The position numbers were made by a program, and so were the translations under genes. A DNA stretch of 64,000 bases from Rhodoferax sp. (GTDB taxonomy: Bacteria > Pseudomonadota > Gammaproteobacteria > Burkholderiales > Burkholderiaceae_C). Shown here in pieces: positions 8,978-18,857 of the stretch (its first letter is position 1; each line of letters starts with the position of its first letter). The stretch lies in contig JARWZT010000004.1 in assembly GCA_029866205.1 (NCBI GenBank), positions 31,776 through 95,775 of the forward strand, read 5' to 3'. The notes under the pieces are model-generated. The model ran no database searches. It was not told where the DNA came from and saw only the letters and a list, made by a program, of their open reading frames with translations.

Positions 8978-10351
8978 CTAGGCAAAAACCCCATGCAAGT
9001 ACCACTGCACTGCGTCCTGACGGCCCTTGCCCCCCAGCCGGTCGCAATAAATCCACAGCAGCCCGTGGCGCTGGCTGCGGGCGATAAAGTAGTCGCGCAG
9101 CGCCGGGCTTTCGCCTTCTAGCCAACCGGCCTCCAAGCGCTGCGGACCGGCCAGCAAGGCCAGTGGGCCATGAAACTGCGGCTGGGCTTGCTCCACCAAC
9201 AGGCTTTGTGGCGTAGCCAGCAGCCAACTGGGGTAAAGCGCACCTTTTTCTTCTTTGTGCTGCACGGTTGTCTCCCGCGCCGACCAGGGCTGCCAGTGCT
9301 GCATGCGCTCGGGTCGGTGTTCGGCCTGGGTGCTGGCGCACAGCACTTGCGCAGGCCCCAACCGGGCGGCCACGCGCTCCAGCATGTGGTGCAGGCTGTC
9401 GCCGCTGCGCACTTCGTCCACCAGCAGACTGTGGCTTTCGCCTGACAGCGGCTGGGTCAGCACGGTGCGCAAGCGCAAATACAGCACCGGGGCGGGCAAC
9501 ACCACGCGCGCCAGTTGCTCGGCCAGCAGGCGCTCTAGGTGGCGCAGGTCTTGGGTGGCCTGGGCGGTGCGCAGTTCCAGTCGGCCATAACCGCTGGCAT
9601 CGTGGTGGGCATCCAGGTGCAGCGCATTGGAGCGGCGCGCGTCCAGTTCCCAGCGCAACTCCAGCACCAGCACGCCACGCTGGCGCGCGCGCAACCACTC
9701 CAGCAACTGCACCAGCAAGCGGCGCGCACCAAACAGCAGCGCAGGCGCCGACTCCACTTGCGCGGCCAGTTCGAGCGGTGCGTCAAACACCTCGGGCAGG
9801 CGCAGCCAGGGATAAACCTCACTCTGCAGACCATAGGCCCGGTCCAGGGCGCTCAGCAGATCGGCACCAAACCGCCGCGCCAAACCCGCACGCGGCAAGG
9901 CGCGCAGCTGGCCCCAGGTACGGCAACCCAGTCGCTCCAGCGTGGGAACATGGGCGCGGGCGGCGGCCAGGGCCGCCAGCGGCAGGGCGTCGGCAGGAAT
10001 CGTGTCACCCTGCATCTGTAAACCTTCTGCGCCGGCATCCTGCACCCCGGTCGGCGGGGCTGCAGTCCACAGACGCCCCAGCGCCACCAGTGCGCTCGGA
10101 CCCTGGGCGCACGACAGTGGCGCCAGCGCCGGCATGAGCAGCATGCGCAGCAAGGCGCTGCGCCCGCCAAACAGGCGCTCACTGGCCGATATTTCAAGTA
10201 CCAGCGCACCGTCCAACTCTGCCACCCAAGGCGTGAGCTGCAGGGCGCGCCAGGCCAGCGCGCTCAAGGGGTCGGTCAGGCGGATTGAAGCGCCGTCTAC
10301 CTCGGGTGCTTGCACCGGATGCAGACGCAAGGCAAGCCAGTGGGGCAGCAT
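8978..10351 (-). CDS. imuB: ImuB, Y-family polymerase-like SOS mutagenesis protein
   Basis: The ATG at 10351 gives 457 aa, MLPHWLALRL...LEISASERLFGG, with the C-terminal RDYFIARSQRHGLLWIYCD...WYLHGVFA signature of ImuB. Starts 9 nt after the imuA stop. Confidence 0.8.
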   Translation of the reverse strand: MLPHWLALRLHPVQAPEVDGASIRLTDPLSALAWRALQLTPWVAELDGALVLEISASERLFGGRSALLRMLLMPALAPLSCAQGPSALVALGRLWTAAPPTGVQDAGAEGLQMQGDTIPADALPLAALAAARAHVPTLERLGCRTWGQLRALPRAGLARRFGADLLSALDRAYGLQSEVYPWLRLPEVFDAPLELAAQVESAPALLFGARRLLVQLLEWLRARQRGVLVLELRWELDARRSNALHLDAHHDASGYGRLELRTAQATQDLRHLERLLAEQLARVVLPAPVLYLRLRTVLTQPLSGESHSLLVDEVRSGDSLHHMLERVAARLGPAQVLCASTQAEHRPERMQHWQPWSARETTVQHKEEKGALYPSWLLATPQSLLVEQAQPQFHGPLALLAGPQRLEAGWLEGESPALRDYFIARSQRHGLLWIYCDRLGGKGRQDAVQWYLHGVFA

Positions 10352-10359
10352 CTGCGGCC

Positions 10360-11124
10360 TTATCGCGGTGGCCCGACCGACTGCTGCAGCTTGGAGGCCG
10401 CCAGCAACTGGCGCAGTGCCGCCGTAAGGGCGACCAAGTGCAGGCTGTGGGCAAGCGGTGGACCCCGGCGTTTGAGCAGTTCCACGCACAAAGTGGCATC
10501 GGCATCCGCCGACAACTGCAAGCGCAGCACGGCGGGCGAAGCGTCCTGGCGGGCTTGGTCGCTGCGCATGACAAACAGCAGCTTGTGGTGTTCGGCCGCA
10601 GCCAGGTGCAAGCGACGCAGCTGCTCGGTACGCGCCTGTGGCAACCAGGCCAACACCGCGTCCACCGGCGCGCAGCGCAGCGCCTGCTCGGTCGCCCACA
10701 GGGGCGTGGCGCTGGCACTTTGGGAGGCGCCACGGCCTTTGGCGTTCGACGCAGGCCCCGGCGGCAGCTTGAACCAGAGCAAACGCCGCGCCGCCACCCC
10801 TTGGGCAACCAGAGCGGGCACAAAAGGCAGGTGTGGCGGCGCCACCAGCACCACCGGCCCCGTGCCACAACGCGCCAACGCCGGAGCCAGCAAGCGCCAT
10901 TCGTTGTGCACGCCGGGCGCTTGCAGCAGCTCGGTCAGCGCCCCCACCGGCCAGCCGCCGCCGGGCAAATGCAGGTCCAAAAGCGCATCCCCCGTGGCCA
11001 CCGTGCGCTGGGGCGCCAGCGCCAAAGCGTCCGCGCGCCAGACGTCTGCGTGCAAGCCATCGAGGGCATCCACGTCGGGCGCACTGGTGTCAAAAAACGC
11101 GGCAAAGGCTTGTTGGGCGACCAT
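10360..11124 (-). CDS. imuA: ImuA, RecA/SulA-like SOS mutagenesis protein
   Basis: The ATG at 11124 gives 254 aa with TGDALLDLHLPGGGWPVGALTELL...WRLLAPALA, typical of ImuA. A LexA box lies 12 nt upstream. Confidence 0.75.
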   Translation of the reverse strand: MVAQQAFAAFFDTSAPDVDALDGLHADVWRADALALAPQRTVATGDALLDLHLPGGGWPVGALTELLQAPGVHNEWRLLAPALARCGTGPVVLVAPPHLPFVPALVAQGVAARRLLWFKLPPGPASNAKGRGASQSASATPLWATEQALRCAPVDAVLAWLPQARTEQLRRLHLAAAEHHKLLFVMRSDQARQDASPAVLRLQLSADADATLCVELLKRRGPPLAHSLHLVALTAALRQLLAASKLQQSVGPPR

Positions 11125-11135
11125 TTTTTCTCTAA

Positions 11136-11155
11136 TACTGTTTTTATAAACAGTA
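11136..11155. promoter_or_regulatory. LexA (SOS) box
   Basis: TACTGTTTTTATAAACAGTA is a perfect CTGT-N8-ACAG palindrome, directly upstream of imuA. Confidence 0.85.
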
Positions 11156-11182
11156 TATTGCAAGCCGATTTTGGCGTGGCGT

Positions 11183-11410
11183 TTAGTCGGGAATTGCCAC
11201 TTTGGCGTGCCTGCGGTGGTTGCAGGCATCGTGGCTGATCGCCAGGTTGTCCTGGTGGCTACTGCCACCCTCGCTCAAAGGCCGGATGTGCTCCAACGTG
11301 GCCTCCGCCGGCAACACGTGCTGGCCGCACATCCAGCAGGGCACCACGCCATGGAGCTGGCGTGCCACGGTTTTGTAAATCTTGTCGCGGGTCAGGGCGA
11401 GTCGGCTCAT
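11183..11410 (-). CDS. small stand-alone HNH endonuclease
   Basis: 75 aa from the ATG at 11410 with CWMCG...LEHIRPLSEGGSSHQDNLAISHDACNHRRH (Cys pair plus H-N-H core). Confidence 0.65.
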   Translation of the reverse strand: MSRLALTRDKIYKTVARQLHGVVPCWMCGQHVLPAEATLEHIRPLSEGGSSHQDNLAISHDACNHRRHAKVAIPD

Positions 11411-11550
11411 GGTGGAAACGTATCTTTGCAAACGCTGGGGGCTTGCATGTTAGCGGTCGCCAAAACTTTGACGGGCAAACACAAGGGCAAACGCAATTTG
11501 TTTTCAGTACCCCCTCAAAGCCAGCCCCGAGCCCTCACAATTCACCCACC

Positions 11551-14500
11551 TTGACCCAGCCCGTGCCCGCATCCCCACCCCCCCCCAGTCGCGCGGCGCG
11601 CCTGCAGCCGGGGTTTGTCGCGTTTCACAGCAACCGCGCCGAAAATCTGGCCGAGGTGGTGACGTCGTGGCTGCAGCGTTCGCCCTTACCACCCCTGGTG
11701 GAAGAAGTGATCCTGGTGCAAAGCAACGGCATGGCCGAATGGCTGAAGATGGAACTGGCGCGCCGCGGCGGCGTGTGCGCGGCCACCCGGGTGGAACTGC
11801 CCTCGCGCTTTTTGTGGCGTACCTACCGCCAGGTGCTGGGTGCGCACGCGGTCCCCAGCGATTCGCCACTGGACAAGCTGCCGATGAGCTGGCGCCTGAT
11901 GCAGCTGCTTCCAGGCTTGCTGGCCGAGCCGGTATTTGCGCCCGTGGCCGGATTTTTACGCGATGACGATCCTGCACGCATGTTGCAACTGGCCTCGCAA
12001 CTGGCCGATCTGTACGACCAATACCAAAATTACCGCAGTGATTGGTTAGAGGCCTGGGCGGCAGGCCACGACCACGTGCTGCAGGCCAATGGCACAGCCC
12101 AGCCCTTGGCGGCCGACCAGCTTTGGCAGAGTGCGCTGTGGCGCGCGGTGTTGGCTACGCTCAGCCCGGCACAACAAGCGTGCATTCGCCCGCGCCTGCA
12201 CCAGCAGGTTTTGCAGCGCCTGGCCAGTGGCGCGGCACTGGAACAGCCGGTCGCCCAACGTGTGACCGCCTTTGGCATGAGCCAGATGCCTGAAGCCACC
12301 CTGCAGGCGCTGGTCGCGTTGGCACCCCACAGCCAGGTCATTTTGGCCATTCCCAACCCCTGCCGCTATTACTGGGGCGACATCATGGACGGGCGCGAAC
12401 TGCTGCGTTCGCTGCGCCGACGCCAGCCCCTGCGCAAAGGGCAGGAGCTGATGGACATGCCACTGCAAGACATGCACGCCCATGCCCACCCGCTCTTGGC
12501 CGCCTGGGGCCGCCAAAGCCGCGACTTTGTGCGCCAGCTTGACGCTTTTGACAACGCCGAACACAGCAAACAACAATTTTCCCTGGCCAAAATCGACTTC
12601 TTTGACGACAGCGAAGAAAGCGCCCACACGCCGCTCCTGCAGCAGGTGCAAAACCGCATTCGCGACTTGGTGCCCTTGCACGAACACCCGGCCTGCACCC
12701 TGGATGCGCAAGACCGCTCCATCGTCTTTCACAGCGCACACAGCGCCGTGCGCGAACTCGAAGTGCTGCACGACCAGCTGCTGCAGGCGCTGGCCCAGCC
12801 ACCGCGCGCGCCCGAGCAGACGCCTTTAAACCCACGCGACATCATCGTGATGGTGCCCGACATTGAAACGCTGGCCCCCGCCATCCGCGCCGTTTTTGGG
12901 CAATACAAGCGCGGCGACGCGCGCTATATCCCGTTTGACATTGCCGACATGAGCGCCCAAGCCAGCAGCCCACTGATTGGCGCGGTGGCCTGGTTGCTGC
13001 GGCTGCCCGAGCAACGCTGCTGCATGAGTGAGCTGGTCGACCTGCTTGAAGTACCTGCCGTGGCCGCACGCTTTGGCATTGCGCCTGAAGCGCTGCCCCG
13101 GCTGACGCAATGGATGGCGGGCGCAGGCATCCGCTGGGGTCTGAACACCGACCACCGCAACGCACTGGGGTTGGATGCCTGTGGCGAGCAAAACAGCGCC
13201 TGGTTTGGCCTGCGCCGCATGCTGCTGGGCTATGCCAGCGGGGCCCAGACCGTCGACACACCCTTGGCCAGCCTGCAAGCCATAGCGCCCTACCCCGAAG
13301 TGGGTGGCCTGGAGGCCGAGTTGGCGGGTGCGCTGGCACAGATGCTCCAGTCCCTCTTGGAGTGGTGGGCCATCGCCTGTACCAGCGCCACACCGCAGGC
13401 CTGGGTAGAACACTGCCACACCCTGCTGGCCGACCTGGTGCAAGCCGAGACCGAAGCCGACCGCCTGGCCCTGGCCGCACTGCAAGACGGCCTGCTCGCC
13501 TGGCAAAGCGCCTGTGAACAAGCCGGGTTTGACCAGGCCGTACCGCTGGGCGTGGTGCGCTCGGCCTGGCTGCAGGCGCTGGAGTTGCCCAAGCCCCAGC
13601 AACGCTTTCGGGCCGGAGGCGTCACCTTTTGTACCTTGATGCCGATGCGCGCCATTCCGTTTGAAGTGGTCTGCCTGCTGGGGATGAACGATGGTGATTA
13701 CCCCCGGCGCAGCACGCACAGCGACTTCGACCTGATGGCCCTGCCAGGCGCGGGCCGCCCCGGCGACCGCTCGCGGCGCGACGACGACCGCCAGCTCATG
13801 CTCGAATCCCTGCTGTCGGCCCGGCGCCTGCTCTACATCAGCTGGAGCGGCCGCAATGTGCGCGACAACGCCGAGCAACCCGCCTCGGTGCTGGTAGCCC
13901 AATTGCGCGACTACCTGCGCGCAGGCTGGGGGGAAGCCGCGGTCAGCAGCCGCACCACCGAGCATCCGTTGCAGCCCTTCAGCCGCCGTTACTTTGAGGC
14001 AGGCAGTCCCTTGTTTACCTATGCCCGCGAGTGGCGCGCCATGCACCAGACACCGGTTGCTGTCGCGCCACCGGGCCAGTGCCTACCCGCGTTTGTACCG
14101 AATCCGAATTTGCCACTCACGCTGCAGCAGCTCACCCAGTTTTTGCGCAAACCGGCCAAGGCCTTTTTCCGCCAACGTTTGCTGGTGGCCTTTGGCGACG
14201 ACGAGGCTGATGTGTTGGACGACGAGCGCTTTGCCATCGGCGGACTGGACCACTACCAGCTGATACAAGAGCTGCTGCAAAGCGCCACCGCAGCGCCCAG
14301 TGCGGGTGCCGCCGCCGACCAGGTGCAGCGCGCCCTGGACCAGCTGCGCCTGGCTGGCGCCCTGCCACTGCACGGCCTGGGCGACCGGGCACAACAAGAC
14401 TTGAACACCAGCGTCGCCGCCATGTTGCAAGCCTGGCACGAGGTGCAAGCGCGCTTTCCGGATGTTGCGCAGCGCCAGTCGCTGCGCTTGCCCTTGGGCG

Positions 14501-15114
14501 ATGCCGTGCTCGAAGATTGGGTGGACGGGCTGCGCCAGGGACCACCCCAGCCCGACGGCACCCGGCCACTGGCCTGGCTGGAGCTCGACCCCGCGCCCCT
14601 GTGCGAAAAAACCATCCAGCCCAGGGTGCGTCCCGAACAGCTATTGAACGCCTGGGTCCGCAGCCTGGCCAGCGCCGCCTGCGGCGTACAGGCGCTGGGT
14701 TGGGTGGTGGGGCGCGACAGCACCGTCCAGATCACGCCCATGCCCCCAGAGCAGGCACGCCAAACGCTGGAGCGGCTTTTGCAACTCTGGTTCCAGGGCA
14801 TGCAAGCGCCTCTGCCACTGCCGCCCAAAACCGCGTTGGCCTGGCTGACACTTGCCAAGGACCCGGCCAAAGCGCAGCAAGCAGCACGCGCGCGCTATGA
14901 AGGCGCCGAACCCGTGCGCGGTGATGCCGAAGAACCCTGCATGGCACGCCTGTTTCCCGACTTTGAAGCGCTCAGTGCCGACGGCCAGTTTGCGGCCCTG
15001 GCGCAAGAGATTTACCAGCCGCTGCTGGATTGGCAAAAAGTCCATGTGAGCGCCGTCCTGCATCCCAAAGCCAGCAACGATGCCAACGCTGCAAGCGCAG
15101 AGGAGGCGGCATGA
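11551..15114 (+). CDS. recC: exodeoxyribonuclease V gamma subunit RecC
   Basis: FVAFHSNRAENLAEVV N-terminus and large size fit RecC. The stop overlaps the recB start (ATGA). Start uncertain: no in-frame ATG near the conserved N-terminus, so TTG 11551 or GTG 11563 are proposed. Confidence 0.85.
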   Translation: MTQPVPASPPPPSRAARLQPGFVAFHSNRAENLAEVVTSWLQRSPLPPLVEEVILVQSNGMAEWLKMELARRGGVCAATRVELPSRFLWRTYRQVLGAHAVPSDSPLDKLPMSWRLMQLLPGLLAEPVFAPVAGFLRDDDPARMLQLASQLADLYDQYQNYRSDWLEAWAAGHDHVLQANGTAQPLAADQLWQSALWRAVLATLSPAQQACIRPRLHQQVLQRLASGAALEQPVAQRVTAFGMSQMPEATLQALVALAPHSQVILAIPNPCRYYWGDIMDGRELLRSLRRRQPLRKGQELMDMPLQDMHAHAHPLLAAWGRQSRDFVRQLDAFDNAEHSKQQFSLAKIDFFDDSEESAHTPLLQQVQNRIRDLVPLHEHPACTLDAQDRSIVFHSAHSAVRELEVLHDQLLQALAQPPRAPEQTPLNPRDIIVMVPDIETLAPAIRAVFGQYKRGDARYIPFDIADMSAQASSPLIGAVAWLLRLPEQRCCMSELVDLLEVPAVAARFGIAPEALPRLTQWMAGAGIRWGLNTDHRNALGLDACGEQNSAWFGLRRMLLGYASGAQTVDTPLASLQAIAPYPEVGGLEAELAGALAQMLQSLLEWWAIACTSATPQAWVEHCHTLLADLVQAETEADRLALAALQDGLLAWQSACEQAGFDQAVPLGVVRSAWLQALELPKPQQRFRAGGVTFCTLMPMRAIPFEVVCLLGMNDGDYPRRSTHSDFDLMALPGAGRPGDRSRRDDDRQLMLESLLSARRLLYISWSGRNVRDNAEQPASVLVAQLRDYLRAGWGEAAVSSRTTEHPLQPFSRRYFEAGSPLFTYAREWRAMHQTPVAVAPPGQCLPAFVPNPNLPLTLQQLTQFLRKPAKAFFRQRLLVAFGDDEADVLDDERFAIGGLDHYQLIQELLQSATAAPSAGAAADQVQRALDQLRLAGALPLHGLGDRAQQDLNTSVAAMLQAWHEVQARFPDVAQRQSLRLPLGDAVLEDWVDGLRQGPPQPDGTRPLAWLELDPAPLCEKTIQPRVRPEQLLNAWVRSLASAACGVQALGWVVGRDSTVQITPMPPEQARQTLERLLQLWFQGMQAPLPLPPKTALAWLTLAKDPAKAQQAARARYEGAEPVRGDAEEPCMARLFPDFEALSADGQFAALAQEIYQPLLDWQKVHVSAVLHPKASNDANAASAEEAA

Positions 15115-18100
15115 ACGCACACGCTGCCGATGGCAACGGCGCCAGCCTGCCGCTGCGCGCCGAAACCCTGGACCTGTGGGGCAGCCGCCTGATCGAGGCC
15201 AGCGCGGGCACTGGCAAGACTTGGACGATTGCCGCGCTGTACCTGCGCCTGGTGCTGGGCCACGGCAATGCCGGTGGTGCTTCGCACGGCTTTCAGCGGG
15301 CGCTGCGTCCGGCAGAAATACTGGTGATGACCTTTACCCGCGCGGCCACGCGCGAACTCTCCGACCGTATCCGGGCGCGCTTGCTGCAGGCGGCGCAGGT
15401 CTTCCGTGGCGAATCGGTCAACACCCACGACCCATTTTTGAACACCCTGCTGGCCGACTACCCGCCCGGGCCAGCGCGCAACCACGCCGCCTGGACCTTG
15501 GACAGCGCAGCCCAGAGCATGGACGAGGCTGCCGTCTACACGATTGACGCCTGGTGCCAGCGCATGCTGCGCGAACACGCATTTGACAGCGGTAGCCTGT
15601 TTGACGAAACGTTGGTGGCCGACGAAGAAGCCCTGCGCACCGAAGCCGCGCAAGACTACTGGCGCCAAGGCTGCTACCCGCTGGACGCACCCGCATTGGC
15701 ACAGGTGCTGGGCGTCTGGGGCACGGTGGAGGCACTGGTCAGTGACATGCGCGACCTGGCCCCGCAGGCCACTACCGCAATCGACACCGGGCAGTCGCTG
15801 GACCAGGTGCTGGCGCACGCCAATACCGTCCACCAGCAGGCCCTGCACCAGCTGCGCCAGGGCTGGGCCGAGCGCGCGCAAGAAATGCAAGACTGGCTGG
15901 ACGGCCAAACCGCAAATCACAAAAAAGAATGGGATGGCCGCCGCCTCAGCGCCAAAAATTACACCGTGTGGCTCACTGCCCTGAAAGACTGGGCACGCGG
16001 AACGCTGGCCGACGACGCCCCCAAAATGAATACGGGCTGGACCCGCTTAATCCCCGAAGGACTGCAAGAAGCCCGCAAACCCGACGCTCCACCGTTTACG
16101 CCACCGCCCGTGTTTGCCGAATTTGCCACCCTCCAAGCCGCCTGCGCGCAGCTGCCTGAGGTGGGTGTGGCCTTGCGCCTGCACGCCGCAAGTTGGGTGC
16201 GCGAGCGGGTGCTGGCGCGCAAACGCAGCAGCGGCAGCTTTGGCTTTGCCGACTTGCTGGACCGACTGCACGCGGCACTGCATGGTGACAAGGGTGCACG
16301 CCTGCGCGAGCGCATGGTGCAGCAGTACCCGGTGGCGCTGATTGACGAGTTTCAAGACACCTCGCCGCGGCAATACCAAATTTTTGACCAGATTTACCGG
16401 GTGGGCGACAACGCGCCCGACAGCGCCCTTTTGCTGATTGGCGACCCCAAGCAGTCCATCTACAGTTTTCGCGGGGCCGATATTTACAGCTACCTGCAGG
16501 CACGCCGCGCCACCACCGGACGCCACTACGCGTTGCAGACCAATTTCCGCTCCACCCCAGCGCTGGTGAACGTGGTCAACCACTGTTTTGACCAAGCTGA
16601 AGTCCGACCGGGTGACGGCGCTTTTGGCTACCGCCAAGCCCAAGACAACCCGCTGCCATTTACCCAAGTACAGGCACACGGCCTGGCCACCCAGCTGGTG
16701 GATGCCAGCGGACCGTTGCCCGCCCTGACCTTGGTCCACGACCTTGAACTGCACACCAGCCAGGCCATGCGCCAGCAATTTTCTGAGCGCTGCGCCACCC
16801 AGGTCGTGGCTTGGCTGGGCAATGCCGACACCGGTTTTGTCCCGGCAGAGACCGCCGTGGGCACTCCGTTCACGCGACTGCGCCCGGCAGACATTGCCAT
16901 CCTGGTACGTACGGGCAAAGAGGCGACCGCTATACGAGTCGCCCTGGAGCGCCGGGGCGTCGCATCGGTCTACCTGTCGGACCGGGACTCTGTTTTTGAC
17001 AGTCCCGAGGCCCACGATTTGGTGCATTGGCTGCGCGCGGTCGCCAATCCGCAAGATGTGCGACTGGTGCGCGCGGGCCTGGCCACCGCCACCCTGGGTC
17101 TGGATCTGGACACGCTCGGATGGCTGGCACACGACGACGAGGCCTTTGACCAGCGCAGCGAACAACTGCGCCAGTTGCGCACCGTTTGGCAAACCCAGGG
17201 CGTATTGGCCATGCTGCGCCAAACCCTGCACCAACTCGCCTTGGCGGCGCAGTGGCGCACCGCGGCCCATGGCGAGCGCCGCCTGACCAACTTCTTGCAC
17301 CTGGCCGAATTGCTGCAAACCGCCAGCGCCACGCTGGACGGCGAACACGCGCTAGTGCGTTGGCTGCTGACCCAGATTGACGACAGCAGCGCCCAAGGGG
17401 ACGCGAAGATCGTGCGACTGGAAAGCGATGCTGATTTGGTCAAGGTGATCACCATCCACAAAAGCAAAGGTTTGCAATACCCCGTGGTCTGCCTGCCGTT
17501 CGCCTGCGGCTACCGTGAAAAAGACCGAAAAGGCACGCGCTTTGTCGACTTGATGGAAGAAGACGGCACGCGCCAGATCCTGCTGCAGTACAGCGCAGAA
17601 CAACTCGCCTTGGCCGACCAAGACCGGCTGCGAGAAGACCTGCGCCTGTTGTACGTGGCGCTCACGCGGGCCCAGCATTGCCTGTGGCTGGGTTTTTCAG
17701 CGCTCAAGGCGCACCGAAGCGAACAATGTGTCACGCACAAAAGCGCGCTCGGTCGGTTACTGGGCGGCAGCGCGCCACGCGAATCTGCCGAATGGTGGGG
17801 TCCGCTGCAAAGCCTGGCCGATACTTGCCCGGGCGTCGCGCTGCAAGCCGCCCAGGCCGATCACGCACGCGTGCCCCTGGCACGTGAAACCGCCACCCCA
17901 CCGCTGCGCGACACTGCGCCCTACCAGGCACAGTTTGAACGCGACTGGACCATTGGCAGCTTCTCCCGCATGGCTAAAAATCTGGTGGGCAGCGCCACCT
18001 CCGCCTTGTCGCCCATCCAACAGATTCGCCCGGCCGACGACGAAGACCACGCACCCGAAGCGCTTGTAATTCCGGTCTTGGTCCCAGCGGCACCCGCACC

Positions 18101-18857
18101 CAAACCCACACATACAGATGCCCCCACCGCGAGCAACGCACACACCTTCACGCGTGGCGCCAAGACCGGCAACTTTTTGCACGCCCAGCTCGAATGGTTG
18201 GCGGGCGAACAATTTGCCCTCGCGGACAACCCCGCACTGCAAGAACGCCTGCGCAAACGCTGCGAACGTGCCGGCTTCGGTACGCAAGCCCAAGGGGTGG
18301 TGGCTTGGCTGACCGAGGTGGTGCAAAGCCCACTGCCCGGTCCGGACGCCGCCTTGTGCCAGCTGGATGTCACCCTGCCCGAGATGGAGTTCTGGCTGGT
18401 CGCCCAGGGGATGAACTACCGCGCCATTGACACCTTGTGCCGCCAGCACCTGTTGCCCGGCGTGCCACGGGCGGCGCTGGCCCAACAACAACTCCAGGGC
18501 ATGCTGATGGGCTTTGCCGATCTGGTGTTTGAACACCAGGGCCGCTACTGGGTGCTGGACTACAAGTCCAACCACTTGGGAGTCGAGGACGCAGCCTACA
18601 GCCGCACGGCGCTGCAGCACTCCATGGCCGAACACCGTTACGACGTGCAAGCCAGCCTTTACCTGCTGGCCCTGCACCGCCTGCTGCAAGCCCGACTGGG
18701 CAGCGCCTATGACCCGGCGCGCCAGCTCGGCGGCGCGGTCTACCTGTATTTGCGTGGTGTCCGTGGGCCGGAACGCGGCGTCTGCCAGCTCCCGGCCGAC
18801 CTGACACTGCTTGGGGCGCTTGAAAACATGCTGGCACCCGTGCCCTTGCAGCCATGA
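15111..18857 (+). CDS. recB: exodeoxyribonuclease V beta subunit RecB
   Basis: The ATG at 15111 gives LIEASAGTGKTWTIAALYLRL (Walker A), UvrD-type helicase motifs, and a C-terminal nuclease motif (GFADLVFEHQGRYWVLDYKSN). Confidence 0.9.
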   Translation: MNAHAADGNGASLPLRAETLDLWGSRLIEASAGTGKTWTIAALYLRLVLGHGNAGGASHGFQRALRPAEILVMTFTRAATRELSDRIRARLLQAAQVFRGESVNTHDPFLNTLLADYPPGPARNHAAWTLDSAAQSMDEAAVYTIDAWCQRMLREHAFDSGSLFDETLVADEEALRTEAAQDYWRQGCYPLDAPALAQVLGVWGTVEALVSDMRDLAPQATTAIDTGQSLDQVLAHANTVHQQALHQLRQGWAERAQEMQDWLDGQTANHKKEWDGRRLSAKNYTVWLTALKDWARGTLADDAPKMNTGWTRLIPEGLQEARKPDAPPFTPPPVFAEFATLQAACAQLPEVGVALRLHAASWVRERVLARKRSSGSFGFADLLDRLHAALHGDKGARLRERMVQQYPVALIDEFQDTSPRQYQIFDQIYRVGDNAPDSALLLIGDPKQSIYSFRGADIYSYLQARRATTGRHYALQTNFRSTPALVNVVNHCFDQAEVRPGDGAFGYRQAQDNPLPFTQVQAHGLATQLVDASGPLPALTLVHDLELHTSQAMRQQFSERCATQVVAWLGNADTGFVPAETAVGTPFTRLRPADIAILVRTGKEATAIRVALERRGVASVYLSDRDSVFDSPEAHDLVHWLRAVANPQDVRLVRAGLATATLGLDLDTLGWLAHDDEAFDQRSEQLRQLRTVWQTQGVLAMLRQTLHQLALAAQWRTAAHGERRLTNFLHLAELLQTASATLDGEHALVRWLLTQIDDSSAQGDAKIVRLESDADLVKVITIHKSKGLQYPVVCLPFACGYREKDRKGTRFVDLMEEDGTRQILLQYSAEQLALADQDRLREDLRLLYVALTRAQHCLWLGFSALKAHRSEQCVTHKSALGRLLGGSAPRESAEWWGPLQSLADTCPGVALQAAQADHARVPLARETATPPLRDTAPYQAQFERDWTIGSFSRMAKNLVGSATSALSPIQQIRPADDEDHAPEALVIPVLVPAAPAPKPTHTDAPTASNAHTFTRGAKTGNFLHAQLEWLAGEQFALADNPALQERLRKRCERAGFGTQAQGVVAWLTEVVQSPLPGPDAALCQLDVTLPEMEFWLVAQGMNYRAIDTLCRQHLLPGVPRAALAQQQLQGMLMGFADLVFEHQGRYWVLDYKSNHLGVEDAAYSRTALQHSMAEHRYDVQASLYLLALHRLLQARLGSAYDPARQLGGAVYLYLRGVRGPERGVCQLPADLTLLGALENMLAPVPLQP

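Noticed and set aside
8964-8983. Palindrome GCCTAG-N8-CTAGGC between the lipoprotein gene and imuB
   Set aside because: I considered it as an operator or terminator. It overlaps the imuB stop codon, has only a 6-bp stem and has no U-tract on either strand. It is too weak to call.
11362-11550. N-terminal extension of the recC ORF (MPRFCKSCRGSG...PPPPSRAARL)
   Set aside because: It overlaps the HNH gene on the opposite strand, is Pro/Ser-rich, and precedes the conserved RecC N-terminus (FVAFHSNR). A TTG or GTG start near 11551-11563 is more plausible, though unverified.
12826-14046. Large antisense or alternative-frame ORFs throughout the window (e.g. 12826-14046 opposite recC, 5509-6636 opposite the MFS gene, 6968-8062 opposite the BBOX-like gene, 16047-17348 and 17757-18875 opposite recB, 40886-42190 opposite ahcY, 45228-46064 opposite recN, 61880-62296 upstream extension of preT)
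   Set aside because: All overlap genes with clear family signatures on the other strand or frame. Their translations are Arg/Ala/Gly/Pro/His-rich with no motifs, the typical stop-codon-poor shadow ORFs of high-GC DNA.
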